A stretch of 64,000 nt of DNA from Nostoc sp. (GTDB lineage: Bacteria; Cyanobacteriota; Cyanobacteriia; Cyanobacteriales; Nostocaceae): the NCBI GenBank assembly GCA_036918135.1, contig JBALDB010000038.1, positions 64,001-128,000 on the forward strand, in the 5' to 3' direction. The translations under genes and the position numbers were made by a program. This document shows, piece by piece, positions 44,029 through 53,218 of this stretch (position 1 is the first letter of the stretch; the number at the start of each line of letters is the position of its first letter). The notes under the pieces are model-generated. The model was not told where the DNA came from. It did not search any database and saw only the letters and a program-made list of their open reading frames with translations.

Positions 44029-45447
44029 TTATTCTCCCCTCTGCCCCTCTGCTCCTCTGCTCCCCTGCTCCTCTGCCCCTCTGCTTCCTACTTCCGGTTT
44101 CACCTGTACTGCGGCACCAGGTACTAGATTAAATTGTCCATCGGTGACGATTTGCTCACCTGGTTGCAACCCTTGTTTAATTGCCGTTTCGTTGCCAATG
44201 GTGTCGCCTACGGTAACTGGACGCATTTCTACTGTTTTGTCGGCTTTCACTAAAAAGACAAATTGCCCCTGCTGTCCAGTTTGGATGGCTGGAGAAGGCA
44301 CGGTTATTACATTCGGTTCTTCAGCTAGCTTGAGTACTACATTAACAAACTGACCCGGAACTAAGCGTTCCTCTGCGTTGGCAAAGGTGGCTTTAAGTTG
44401 AATCGTGCCTGTTTGGGTATTGAGTCCGCTATCAACAAAGGTAAGTTCACCCTGTATCGGACGCCCTGTGTCTTTCGGAGGTATGGCGTTGACTTGTAAC
44501 TTGCCGTTATTAGCACTGTACTTCTTCAGGTCTGGCAGCAACCTTTGAGCAATGGAAAAGGTAACGTAAATCGGGTGGATTTGGCTGATGGTAATTAGCG
44601 GATCGGTAGCATTCGCCTGTACCAAATTGCCTTGATTAAGCTTCAGACTACCTGTACGTCCAGTAATTGGTGAGTAGATGGAACTGTAGGAAAGTTGAAC
44701 TTTGGCATTGTCGATCGCCGCTTCATCTGCTGCTACTGCTGCTTTAGCATTTTGCACATCTGCTTCGGCTGCCGCCACTGCTGCTTTGGCATCTGCTACT
44801 CCATTTCGATCTGCGTTCACTGTTGCCCGTTGAGCATCAGCCGTAGTCTGAAACTCATCCGCTTGTTCCTTGCTGATTGCCCCTTTCTGGAGTAAGCTGT
44901 TATATCTTTTCGCCTGGACATCTGCATTTGTAGCTTGAGCAACATCCTTGGCTACATTCGCTTTTGCCTGGTTGACTTGGGCGATCGCTTTAGTCACATT
45001 TGCCTGTGCCTGTTTCACCTGCGCTAAATCTTTGGCTTTAGCAGCATTAGCTTGCATCAGCGCTGCTTGCAGAGAACGGGAATCTATTTTAAATAACAAG
45101 TCTCCTTTTTTCACATTCTGTCCTTGTTGAAAATAAACTCCAAGCAGTTGTCCACTTACCTGTGACTTGACAGATACCGTGGAATATGCTTCCACTGTTC
45201 CTGTAGTCGATAGCTGTATTGGAATAGTCTTTTGAGTCGCAGCGGCAACCACCACGGGCACAGGTCGCTTTTTACCTGCTTTTCCACTTGATTGAGCATC
45301 GCTAGCATTACAAGCAGTACACAAGTAGGTCAAACCTAGCAGCAGTAGCCACAACCGTCCTCTTGGAATTAAGCTGTAAAGACGAGGAATGCTTTGAGCA
45401 ACTAAAGAAAAAGGTTTTATCGTCTTAACGGAGTTTAAACAGCGCAT
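44029..45447 (-). CDS. RND periplasmic adaptor (MdtA-like)
   Basis: VPVVVA, V-K-GDLLFKID, SPITGRTG, TGTIQLKATF, LVPGQFV. Confidence 0.9.
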   Translation of the reverse strand: MRCLNSVKTIKPFSLVAQSIPRLYSLIPRGRLWLLLLGLTYLCTACNASDAQSSGKAGKKRPVPVVVAAATQKTIPIQLSTTGTVEAYSTVSVKSQVSGQLLGVYFQQGQNVKKGDLLFKIDSRSLQAALMQANAAKAKDLAQVKQAQANVTKAIAQVNQAKANVAKDVAQATNADVQAKRYNSLLQKGAISKEQADEFQTTADAQRATVNADRNGVADAKAAVAAAEADVQNAKAAVAADEAAIDNAKVQLSYSSIYSPITGRTGSLKLNQGNLVQANATDPLITISQIHPIYVTFSIAQRLLPDLKKYSANNGKLQVNAIPPKDTGRPIQGELTFVDSGLNTQTGTIQLKATFANAEERLVPGQFVNVVLKLAEEPNVITVPSPAIQTGQQGQFVFLVKADKTVEMRPVTVGDTIGNETAIKQGLQPGEQIVTDGQFNLVPGAAVQVKPEVGSRGAEEQGSRGAEGQRGE

Positions 45448-45851
45448 ATCAACAATCAGGAGAAAGGGAAAGCATACAAAACACGTAGCAGTACAGTGGT
45501 TTTATTAAAGTCAGCCAGAGCTAAACGAGTAGATTAATCGCCTAACCTTAGCAATTTCTGAGAACGAGTCTTACCAAATCCCCAAAGGGTAGAGTTTGTT
45601 GCCTGACATTGCATTTTGTGCAAAATCGTTGCAGTCAATTTTTAGTAGTTCGACTTAATATTAGTTATTCTAAATATTAGCATACTAATAATTATTGATT
45701 TCGCCTAGCTCTTGAGACAGGAATTTATCTGAAACTGTTTTCACTTAGGTAGGAATCTGTTGTGAGATTTGCAGTAAGTAAATGTATTATAAATCGCCGC
45801 TTTTTAAAGTTAATCCGATTGAAATTGGATAAGTCCTCAACTAGTTTCTGA

Positions 45852-46075
45852 TACAGCCGTAGTCACATAATTACAGCAGTTTGCAATTAAGTGAGGTACA
45901 AAACCAAGGACTCAAAAATTAAATTATTCTTCTGCCTCCAGCATAGCCGCCGACACTCTCTACAAGACGCTGCGCGTAGCTTGCTTCTCTGTAAGAGTAC
46001 GCGGACACAGCTTAGCTGCGCTATCCTGCCTCAAAACCAGTGACTTTGTACTTCATCCAAACGAAAACTGCTGTA
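45852..46075. mobile_element. Nested repeats: family A left end, family B MITE and internal SDR-like inserts
   Basis: TACAGCCGTAGTCACATA, then TACAGCAGTTTGC..GAGGTACAAA...TTTGTACTTC..AAACTGCTGTA with internal CTCTACAAGACGCTGCGCG. Confidence 0.6.
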
Positions 46076-46091
46076 TATTGAGGTTTTGGTA

Positions 46092-46781
46092 TTAATTCTT
46101 TAACTTCGCAACCATTTGAGCGCGAGTACAAACATCTAGTTTTTGAAACATCCGCTTGAGTATCTGTTTGACAGCATCACGACTGATATGTAACTTCAAA
46201 GCGATTTCTCGATTGCTGAAACCTTGGGCAACTAATTGGGTAACATCAACTTCTCGTGGTGTTAGACAATTGGCTAAAGATGGAGCGATCGCCAGGCGAA
46301 AAGTTGCTAAACGAACGGATAAATGCTGGCACAGAGAACTCAATTGAATCAGATCGCCATCATTAAAGGCGGGAAGCTCTTTCCCACGCATAAAATAAAT
46401 TCCACCAATTAATCGACCGCTGCCGATTAGCGGTGCAATCATACCATGTTCCATCCCATAGATGCGGAACACAGATTCATATAGTTCGCTCTGATGCCAA
46501 TCCTTGAGAGACTGTACTGATAGAGTATGAACTGGAATTTGATACTCAATCATCTGTTGACTGACTCGATCGCCATTTCGCCCAATTTCCTGATAGCGGT
46601 CGCCAAACGTATCAGGCAATCCCCACAAATCTGACCCAATCACTCGAAAACGGCTATCCAGCAAATCCAATCCCCAAGCAGTAGCTCCGACCAATTCACC
46701 TGCGTACTTCAAGAAGCAAGAACGCAACTGGGCTTCATTGGATGCTGTTGCAATCTTTTCAATCAAAGGAGCAAATTTCAT
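46092..46781 (-). CDS. GAF-like sensor plus LuxR HTH transcriptional regulator
   Basis: C-terminal LTPRE..LVAQGFSNREIA..L.IS..VK..L..KL; N-terminal GAF-like APLIGSGRLIGGI. Confidence 0.85.
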   Translation of the reverse strand: MKFAPLIEKIATASNEAQLRSCFLKYAGELVGATAWGLDLLDSRFRVIGSDLWGLPDTFGDRYQEIGRNGDRVSQQMIEYQIPVHTLSVQSLKDWHQSELYESVFRIYGMEHGMIAPLIGSGRLIGGIYFMRGKELPAFNDGDLIQLSSLCQHLSVRLATFRLAIAPSLANCLTPREVDVTQLVAQGFSNREIALKLHISRDAVKQILKRMFQKLDVCTRAQMVAKLKN

Positions 46782-46861
46782 AAACTTATACCCAGTTGGG
46801 GACTTGGCTAGCTAGCTGCAAGTTTCTATTTTAGAGAATTGACCCGCAGTTGATATTTTCT

Positions 46862-47362
46862 ATGTCTATCCCCGTTACCACATTTTTTGTTGGACTCAAT
46901 GGCTTGATTGCGTTTGCCCTTTCTTACATTGTCGTAATCGAGCGTACTAGAACTCGCATTTGGCATGGAGTAACTCAAACAGAAGTTATAAACCAGCCAA
47001 ATTATCTAGAAAATCCCAATCCTTGGGCGGCATTTATTGAAAGCTATACTCAAAAATCTCTGCTCACAAAAACTGCTGATGATGGACTTCTTCAGCGTAA
47101 GGTACGTGCCTATGGAAATTTTACAGAATATGTACCTTTAGGACTGCTGTTTGTCATAACTTTGGAGTTGATGCATTCATCGCCTTGGATACTCTGGTTG
47201 ATTGGGAGTGTGCTAACTGTAGGGCGGATTGCTCATGCCTGGGGTTCGATCGCAACTTATGGCCCTTCACCCGGTCGCGCAATCGGATTTTTTCTAACTT
47301 GGTTTGTCTATATTATTGGTGCTAGTGCTTGTATTTACTACGGAATTACTGGGCTTCTCTGA
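46862..47362 (+). CDS. MAPEG family membrane protein
   Basis: RKVRAYGNFTEYVP, GRIAHAWG, four TM segments; divergent from the LuxR gene. Confidence 0.85.
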   Translation: MSIPVTTFFVGLNGLIAFALSYIVVIERTRTRIWHGVTQTEVINQPNYLENPNPWAAFIESYTQKSLLTKTADDGLLQRKVRAYGNFTEYVPLGLLFVITLELMHSSPWILWLIGSVLTVGRIAHAWGSIATYGPSPGRAIGFFLTWFVYIIGASACIYYGITGLL

Positions 47363-47480
47363 TGGTTGCCAGCCGCCCAACACGGCGTTATCGGTTAGAA
47401 TCAAAGGAAATCAGTGTGTTTGAAACCACAACTCCGTGTTGGTTATTCTGCGACAATTTTATATAGTTTAATACTTTGAT

Positions 47481-48353
47481 TCAAGCAGCAAAAATAAAAG
47501 GGGCGGTTTCTAAACCAACCCCTTTTGTTTGTGATATGCTGCGCCCAACGGCTGTTGCTATAAGCTTTAAACTATCAACTAAATCCACCATATCTTCTAA
47601 AGAAAGTGCTTGACGGGCATCAGAAACAGATTTTTCTGGTTCTGGGTGACACTCAATTATTAATCCATCTGCCCCACAAGCGATCGCAGCCTTTGCCAAA
47701 GGTGCTACGAGTTCCCGTTTACCTACGGCATGGGAAGGATCTACAATCACAGGCAGGTGAGTTATTTGTTTGAGTGCTGCTACTGCGCCTAAATCTAGGA
47801 CATTGCGAGTGTAATCATCGAAACTGCGGATACCCCTTTCGCACAACACTACATCAGGATTACCGTGGCTGAGAATATATTCAGCTGCCATCACGAATTC
47901 TTCAATTGTCGCTGCTAAACCGCGCTTGAGCAGTATTGGTTTACCAGCTTGCCCTAAAGCTTTGAGCAAATCGAAGTTTTGCATATTGCGGCTACCAACT
48001 TGAAGCATATCAGCGTGGCTAGCCACTACTTCAATTTGGGAAATTGACATCACCTCGGTGACAACTGGCATATTGTAGTGCGATCGCACCTTCGCTAAAA
48101 TTTCTAATCCTAACTCGCCCATACCTTGGAAAGCATAGGGAGATGTGCGGGGTTTGTAGACACCGCCACGTAAGGCTTGTACTGATGTACGAGATAGCTT
48201 TTGGGCGACTATCTCCATTTGTTCCAAGCTTTCAACGGTACATGGGCCACCGATAATTACTAATTGTTCACCACCAAAAGCGACTTTTTCTGAAAGTTTA
48301 ACGATTGTCCGGTGTTTGGGATGGGATTGTGCGGCAAGTTTAGCGTTAATCAT
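47481..48353 (-). CDS. aroF: DAHP synthase type I-beta lacking an N-terminal regulatory domain (290 aa)
   Basis: GGPCTVES, RGGVYKPRTSPYAFQG, GSRNMQNF, LLKRG, CERGIR, DPSH. The longer ORF start is STRR-derived (PHTPHT). Confidence 0.92.
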   Translation of the reverse strand: MINAKLAAQSHPKHRTIVKLSEKVAFGGEQLVIIGGPCTVESLEQMEIVAQKLSRTSVQALRGGVYKPRTSPYAFQGMGELGLEILAKVRSHYNMPVVTEVMSISQIEVVASHADMLQVGSRNMQNFDLLKALGQAGKPILLKRGLAATIEEFVMAAEYILSHGNPDVVLCERGIRSFDDYTRNVLDLGAVAALKQITHLPVIVDPSHAVGKRELVAPLAKAAIACGADGLIIECHPEPEKSVSDARQALSLEDMVDLVDSLKLIATAVGRSISQTKGVGLETAPFIFAA

Positions 48354-48398
48354 GGTTTTATTGTTCTGAAAAATTAAGTATTGGGGACTAGGGATTAG

Positions 48399-48444
48399 GG
48401 TGTGGGGAGTGTGGGGAGTGTGGGGAGTGTGGGGAGTGTGGGGA
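48399..48444. repeat. 9-bp tandem repeat (GTGTGGGGA)x5 in the aroF 5' UTR
   Basis: Direct reading. Confidence 0.9.
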
Positions 48445-48518
48445 AGACTCATTCTTCATCCTCCCCATCCTCCCAGACCTCCTTTTTCTCCTACACTCTC
48501 CCCATCTCCTCCACTCAG

Positions 48519-48554
48519 AAAAAAACCCGGAACCTTCCTTCGAGGGGTTCCGGG
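48519..48554 (-). terminator. Attenuator 2 intrinsic terminator
   Basis: Minus strand CCCGGAACC-CCTCGAAGGAA-GGTTCCGGG followed by T7. Confidence 0.9.
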
Positions 48555-48583
48555 CGCGTTCTGGCTCATTGGCATGACGCTAT

Positions 48584-48649
48584 TTACCCGGAACCATCTC
48601 TGGGCCAAAAGTAGAAGCCGTAAAACCAACTACCGAAATAAGTCGTCAC
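48584..48649 (-). CDS. Aromatic-rich leader peptide 2: MTTYFGSWFYGFYFWPRDGSG
   Basis: AAGGAG 9 nt before GTG; 9 of 21 residues are F/Y/W; 3' end GGTTCCGGG is complementary to the 5' arm of terminator 2. Confidence 0.85.
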   Translation of the reverse strand: MTTYFGSWFYGFYFWPRDGSG

Positions 48650-48664
48650 AATGAAATTCTCCTT

Positions 48665-48699
48665 AAAAAACAAGAACCGCAGAGTTCGCTCTGCGGTTC
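48665..48699 (-). terminator. Attenuator 1 intrinsic terminator
   Basis: Minus strand GAACCGCAGAG-CGAA-CTCTGCGGTTC (11-bp stem) followed by TTGTTTTTT. Confidence 0.9.
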
Positions 48700-48728
48700 A
48701 CCGGGCGGTTTCCGTGTGGAAACTCGAT

Positions 48729-48785
48729 TCACTCCCGGTGAACCACCCTAAACCAAAAATAAAAGTAGGAATTTGTGTTAAACAT
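48729..48785 (-). CDS. Aromatic-rich leader peptide 1: MFNTNSYFYFWFRVVHRE
   Basis: Six consecutive aromatic codons YFYFWF; 3' end GGTTCACCGGG pairs with CCCGGTGAACC, which overlaps terminator 1. Confidence 0.82.
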   Translation of the reverse strand: MFNTNSYFYFWFRVVHRE

Positions 48786-48819
48786 TTGCGTGCCGCTTTG
48801 ACTGCTAAACCTAACTTAA

Positions 48820-48871
48820 ACTATATAGACCTATCTATAGTAACATTAACAAAAAGAGCTAGTGGTGTCAA
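48820..48871 (-). promoter_or_regulatory. Sigma70-type promoter for the aroF leader plus an imperfect palindrome over the predicted start site
   Basis: TTGACA (48871-48866), 17 nt, TAATGT (48848-48843) with extended TG; palindrome ACTATATAGACCTATCTATAGT at 48820-48841. Confidence 0.7.
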
Positions 48872-49519
48872 GACCCCCATAACAGCTAAAAAAGCGATAG
48901 ACTCAGTACAACTGTGGGAATCAAGACTATAAGGTTTCTCTATGAAATTAGCTGCAGCTTGCTTTCTATAGAGTAGTTCGCATTCACTGAGTGTGGTGTG
49001 TTCTAATGGCTACTGCAAGTCGCCCTTTGCGCGTCTAAGCTCGAAGGCGTTTTATCCTACTTGAAACAAGTTTCAGACTTCTCTCCAAATTCAAAATCCT
49101 TGGATTTTAAGCTTGATTAGCGTCAATTTGTCAGAATTTGTCTAATACAGTTCTCCTTACTTATTTGTCTAGAAGAAGAAAGCGGCTTGTGGCTAAACAT
49201 TATTATAGTTATATAACTTTATAAATATTGTGATGTGAGAAGTGAATAAATAGTGTAGACAATCAAAAATTAATGGTGAAAAATTTTAAATTCAGATGAA
49301 TAAATACAGACAATTGCAAGGAATCACAGAGAACTCACGGTGGCGGCTTAGTCTTGCAAAAATGCAAAAATGCAGGATTCCAAAATCAAAACATCTAATT
49401 TTCCTGACTTCTGTTTTTACCTTGCGAAAGCTGATTCTAGACAATTGAGAAATGCCATACATCATTGTTACCCAAGTCGTTATCCACCAGATTAACTTTT
49501 TAGAATCACCAGTTTGATT

Positions 49520-50014
49520 ATGCCCAGTCCCAAAATCTTAGCCAAATCTTTTGACTATCATGGAGTTTACCCCTGCCCAGTCTGTCGGATAGGTAAGATT
49601 TCTCATATGCCATTGATGGAAGCTATGGCTTGTGACTTTTGCCAAGAGATTTTTACAGTTAACTTAGAACTACAGCAAATTAAGATGCCTTCTAGGCAAC
49701 CACCCTTAGTTTGGCGGTGGAATGGGTTTAGTTGGACAGAAGCCCAGTTAGAAGGTGTGGAATTAGGTTGGGGTTATGGACTAGCTGCTACTGCTTTTGT
49801 AGTCCTTCCTACTACTCTGATTGGTGTAGTAGCCTATTATTTTCCTCCTAATATCAACGAACCTGTTACCTGGATGCCATATATTTGGACAATATTAACT
49901 TTTTTGTCACATTTATCAATTATTGTTTGGATTTTTATTGAAGTTTATCAAATTCCAGTTGCAGCATATTTAAGAGCGATCGCTCGATGGAGAAATCGGG
50001 AGATGGGGAGATGA
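49520..50014 (+). CDS. Hypothetical membrane protein with CxxC...CxxC zinc ribbon
   Basis: CPVC, CDFC, two C-terminal TM segments. Confidence 0.75.
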   Translation: MPSPKILAKSFDYHGVYPCPVCRIGKISHMPLMEAMACDFCQEIFTVNLELQQIKMPSRQPPLVWRWNGFSWTEAQLEGVELGWGYGLAATAFVVLPTTLIGVVAYYFPPNINEPVTWMPYIWTILTFLSHLSIIVWIFIEVYQIPVAAYLRAIARWRNREMGR

Positions 50015-50156
50015 GGAGATAGGGAGGCGAGGAGATGGGGAAAAATAACCAATTTCCAATCCCTAATCCCTAATCCCCAATCGCAAATAATAAAAGATGC
50101 AGCCGAGAGACCGCTGTATCACTCATAATTAAGTTGATTGTCCACCGAAATGACGT

Positions 50157-50864
50157 ATGAGCGATCTGGAGCGGTACTATAGAATTTTGGAATTAGAGCC
50201 TGGGGCAACACTTGAGGAAGTGAACCAGGCTTATAAGGATTTAGTGTTCGTTTGGCATCCCGATCGCATTCCTAAGGAAAATCTCCGTTTACAGCAGAAG
50301 GCACAGGACAAGCTCAAAGCGATAAATGAAGCTCGGGAAAAATTGCGCTCTCTAAAAACCAAACATCAAAGCACACATCACTCACCCCCGTCTTACCACC
50401 AAACACCATCTCAAACAAGTCATCCACCATCAAGTCATCCACCATCAAGTCATCCACCATCAAGTCATCCACCATCAAGTCATCCACCATCAAAGCAGAA
50501 CCCAGACTTGAGTGGTAAAGACTATAGTCGGGCAAATTTGAGCAATAAAGATTTATCTGGCAGAAATCTTAGTTATGCCAACTTGAGCGGTGCTAATCTC
50601 AGCGATACTTTTATGCACAAAGTGAACCTCAGAGGGGCGAATTTATCTGAAGCAAATTTGTTTCGTGCAAATCTACTTTTAGCGGATCTTAGGGAAGCGA
50701 ATTTGCGTGCTGCTAATTTAATTGGTGCGGATCTCAGTGGTGCCGATTTGCGGGGAGCTGACTTAACCGGAGCGCGAATTCGCTCTGGCGAGCGCCTTCT
50801 GGTTAAACTAATTGGTGCTAACCTAGCAGGGGCAATCATGCCTGATGGTGCCATTCATCAGTGA
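50157..50864 (+). CDS. J-domain plus pentapeptide-repeat protein
   Basis: YYRILEL..WHPD J domain, A(N/D)LxG pentapeptides, SHPPS linker repeats. Confidence 0.9.
   Translation: MSDLERYYRILELEPGATLEEVNQAYKDLVFVWHPDRIPKENLRLQQKAQDKLKAINEAREKLRSLKTKHQSTHHSPPSYHQTPSQTSHPPSSHPPSSHPPSSHPPSSHPPSKQNPDLSGKDYSRANLSNKDLSGRNLSYANLSGANLSDTFMHKVNLRGANLSEANLFRANLLLADLREANLRAANLIGADLSGADLRGADLTGARIRSGERLLVKLIGANLAGAIMPDGAIHQ
50416..50490 (+). repeat. 15-bp coding tandem repeat x5 (CAAGTCATCCACCAT)
   Basis: Five exact units. Confidence 0.93.
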
Positions 50865-51021
50865 TAGGGGGGATGCAAAAATGCAGGGTTAGCTAAATTT
50901 TTTACGAATTGTGACGCGTAAAGCCTCCGTTATTCATGCGGGGGATATAAGCGAACATCTCAAGTACGGTTACGTGGCGCTGTGAGCGCACAGTGCCCGA
51001 AAGCTTGAGGCGATCGCCTAA

Positions 51022-51122
51022 TATAGCCGTAGTCACACTCTTTAGGACATAATGACAAGCGTGAATGCTAGGAATAGTAATAGTTCTACCTCCAGCATAG
51101 CTGCCTCCTGCCTCCTGCTATA
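51022..51122. mobile_element. Dispersed repeat family A, copy 4
   Basis: TATAGCCGTAGTCACACTCTTTAGGACATAAT...CCTCCTGCTATA. Confidence 0.75.
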
Positions 51123-51483
51123 TATACTGTTATTTGCCCATGCCAAATTTAATAAGGTTTGCAAAAGTTGAGTCATACATTCTGCTTCCAAGACAGCCAT
51201 TTCTAGGGCTGGTTATTGAGTATCTATCAAGTTCTAACTACGTTGCCAGCTTCTTTGCAGATATGGATAAACCATGCTCAAAAGTGTATGTAATTCCTGA
51301 GCTAAGTTGTTGGTAAACTTAGAATGTATATAATCAATCGTAATTAAATTAAGTTCATCTGAGAATTTTCAGAAAATTTCTGGTTCTCATACTTTTAAAA
51401 CAAACTAAACTTCGTTAACAAGATGCTCTACTTATTAAACAAGTCGTGGATATCAACCTTACTGTTTTCACAAATACTTCAGT

Positions 51484-52908
51484 TTAGGAAGAAGTTTTTA
51501 TTTGGGAACATTGTGTTTGTTGGAGTTTAATTTTTTGTTGAAGGGTTAGTGGTAAGCCAGGTTTAACTTTGCTGTAGAGACGAGTAAATTCTCGCACATA
51601 ATGAGCAGCGACTATCGGACTTTCAATCACTAAAAGTGTCTCGTCGTTACCATTATTGGCAGCATCAGACCAATTATGAGAACCTGTAATTACTGTTTTG
51701 TTATCAATCACAGCAAATTTATGGTGTAATAAATCGCCTTTGGCTAATATAGGTACGCCTACGGTGGTAATTGGGTTTTGCCAAGGATGATTATCAGCTT
51801 CATATTTACATTTATTACTGAGAGCAACTCCCATCATATCTAAGGCCTCGCTATAAGAACGATAAGCAAATTGTGGCTCAATTAAAGCGCGAATTTTAAC
51901 ATGTTGTTGATGTCGATTTTCTAAAATATTAGCAAGACGCTGTTCGGAAAAGACGAATAAAGCCAAATCAATAGATTCTGTTGCTGAATCTAAAGTTTTG
52001 CCAATTAAACCATTACTACTATTACTCCAAGGTTGAGTTGGAGAAGTAGGCGAAAACTGCACAGTAATTGTGGTTTGATTTAATCTGATTTTTTTAGCTA
52101 AACGCAGTGGCTTTTGTAAACCAAATCGACTATCTGGCTTACCTCCTGGGCCATCGCCCCACATAATATTAAACTCTTGTGTAAATAAAGATGCTAATTC
52201 TGGGCTGTCAATTTGCAATAAATTATTAGCATTTCCTAAACTGCTAGAATTTGTATAATCACCAGAAGTATCACTTAAAGTAAAATTTGCCGAAGTAATA
52301 ATTACAATGCGATTATCTACAATTACAAACTTATGATGCATCAAACTACTACCAGCCGAACCATCAGCTCGATCGTCTAGCCTCTGGATTTTGGCATTTT
52401 GCAAAATTATTAAAGCATCTCTTTGATTTATTTCTGCGGGAGTGAGTTGATTATCTTGGTTAACATCGAGAAATTGGCGAAATTCTTGATAGCGTTGCCG
52501 TTCTCTTTGAGCTAACTTACTTATTTCATTAGGTGTAAAACTACTCCAAGGTCTGCTATAAGTATTTTCTAAAATTAACCTGACTTTTACTCCAGCTTTT
52601 TGTCTATCAACCAATGCTTGGGCGACTTTAGGTAAACGTAATTCTTGTACAGCTACATCTACTGTAGATTTAGCTTGCGTAATAGTATCAACAATTTGTT
52701 TTTCTAAATCATCTCCCAAACGAGTTTGCTGACGGTATGGTTCTTTGTATTCCCCAGACTGAGAATGATTAAAATATACTTGAACTAAAGGATCTTGTGG
52801 TAAAGCTGCTAGACGCTGAGCGGATGATTGAACTCGTTGACAAGCAGCAAGGGGAAAGATGAGTAAAAAGATATATAAAAAATACCTTTGCCTAGATAAA
52901 AATTGCAC
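51484..52908 (-). CDS. Phospholipase D-family nuclease lipoprotein, cyanobacterial ComA-like, without a C-terminal HhH domain
   Basis: LAAC lipobox, two HKD motifs (HHKFVIVD..TSANF and HHKFAVID..TGSHNW). Confidence 0.8.
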   Translation of the reverse strand: MQFLSRQRYFLYIFLLIFPLAACQRVQSSAQRLAALPQDPLVQVYFNHSQSGEYKEPYRQQTRLGDDLEKQIVDTITQAKSTVDVAVQELRLPKVAQALVDRQKAGVKVRLILENTYSRPWSSFTPNEISKLAQRERQRYQEFRQFLDVNQDNQLTPAEINQRDALIILQNAKIQRLDDRADGSAGSSLMHHKFVIVDNRIVIITSANFTLSDTSGDYTNSSSLGNANNLLQIDSPELASLFTQEFNIMWGDGPGGKPDSRFGLQKPLRLAKKIRLNQTTITVQFSPTSPTQPWSNSSNGLIGKTLDSATESIDLALFVFSEQRLANILENRHQQHVKIRALIEPQFAYRSYSEALDMMGVALSNKCKYEADNHPWQNPITTVGVPILAKGDLLHHKFAVIDNKTVITGSHNWSDAANNGNDETLLVIESPIVAAHYVREFTRLYSKVKPGLPLTLQQKIKLQQTQCSQIKTSS

Positions 52909-53218
52909 TGTAATCTGTTAAAAGTGGATTAAGAGTAGACATATTTATCATTCCCAAAATTTTTAGTTTTGAGATGAAGTAGAAAAATACAGCAGGAGTC
53001 AGAATTCAGGAGTTAGAAGTCAAACAAGTTTTATACTTGGCTACCAGACTTATATTGTGTACTTCATCAACTTGAAATCAGCTATAGCTTTCCCACCCAA
53101 AACAAAAACCCACTCAGAATACAGAATTACTGAGATTTAGTCAGTGTCCACTTAAACTGTATATGCTAAAAACATCAGCAGTCTACTCCCAGCTTGTGTT
53201 CTCATCATTATCCGTTAT

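Noticed and set aside
48400..48932. Plus-strand ORFs of 70-93 aa upstream of aroF
   Set aside because: Made of STRR repeats and the antisense of the attenuators; the minus-strand reading explains the region
50915..51010. IS200/IS605-family element
   Set aside because: Only an end-like hairpin (AAGCCTCCG..CGGGGGATATAAGCG) is present, with no transposase or tnpB; too weak to call
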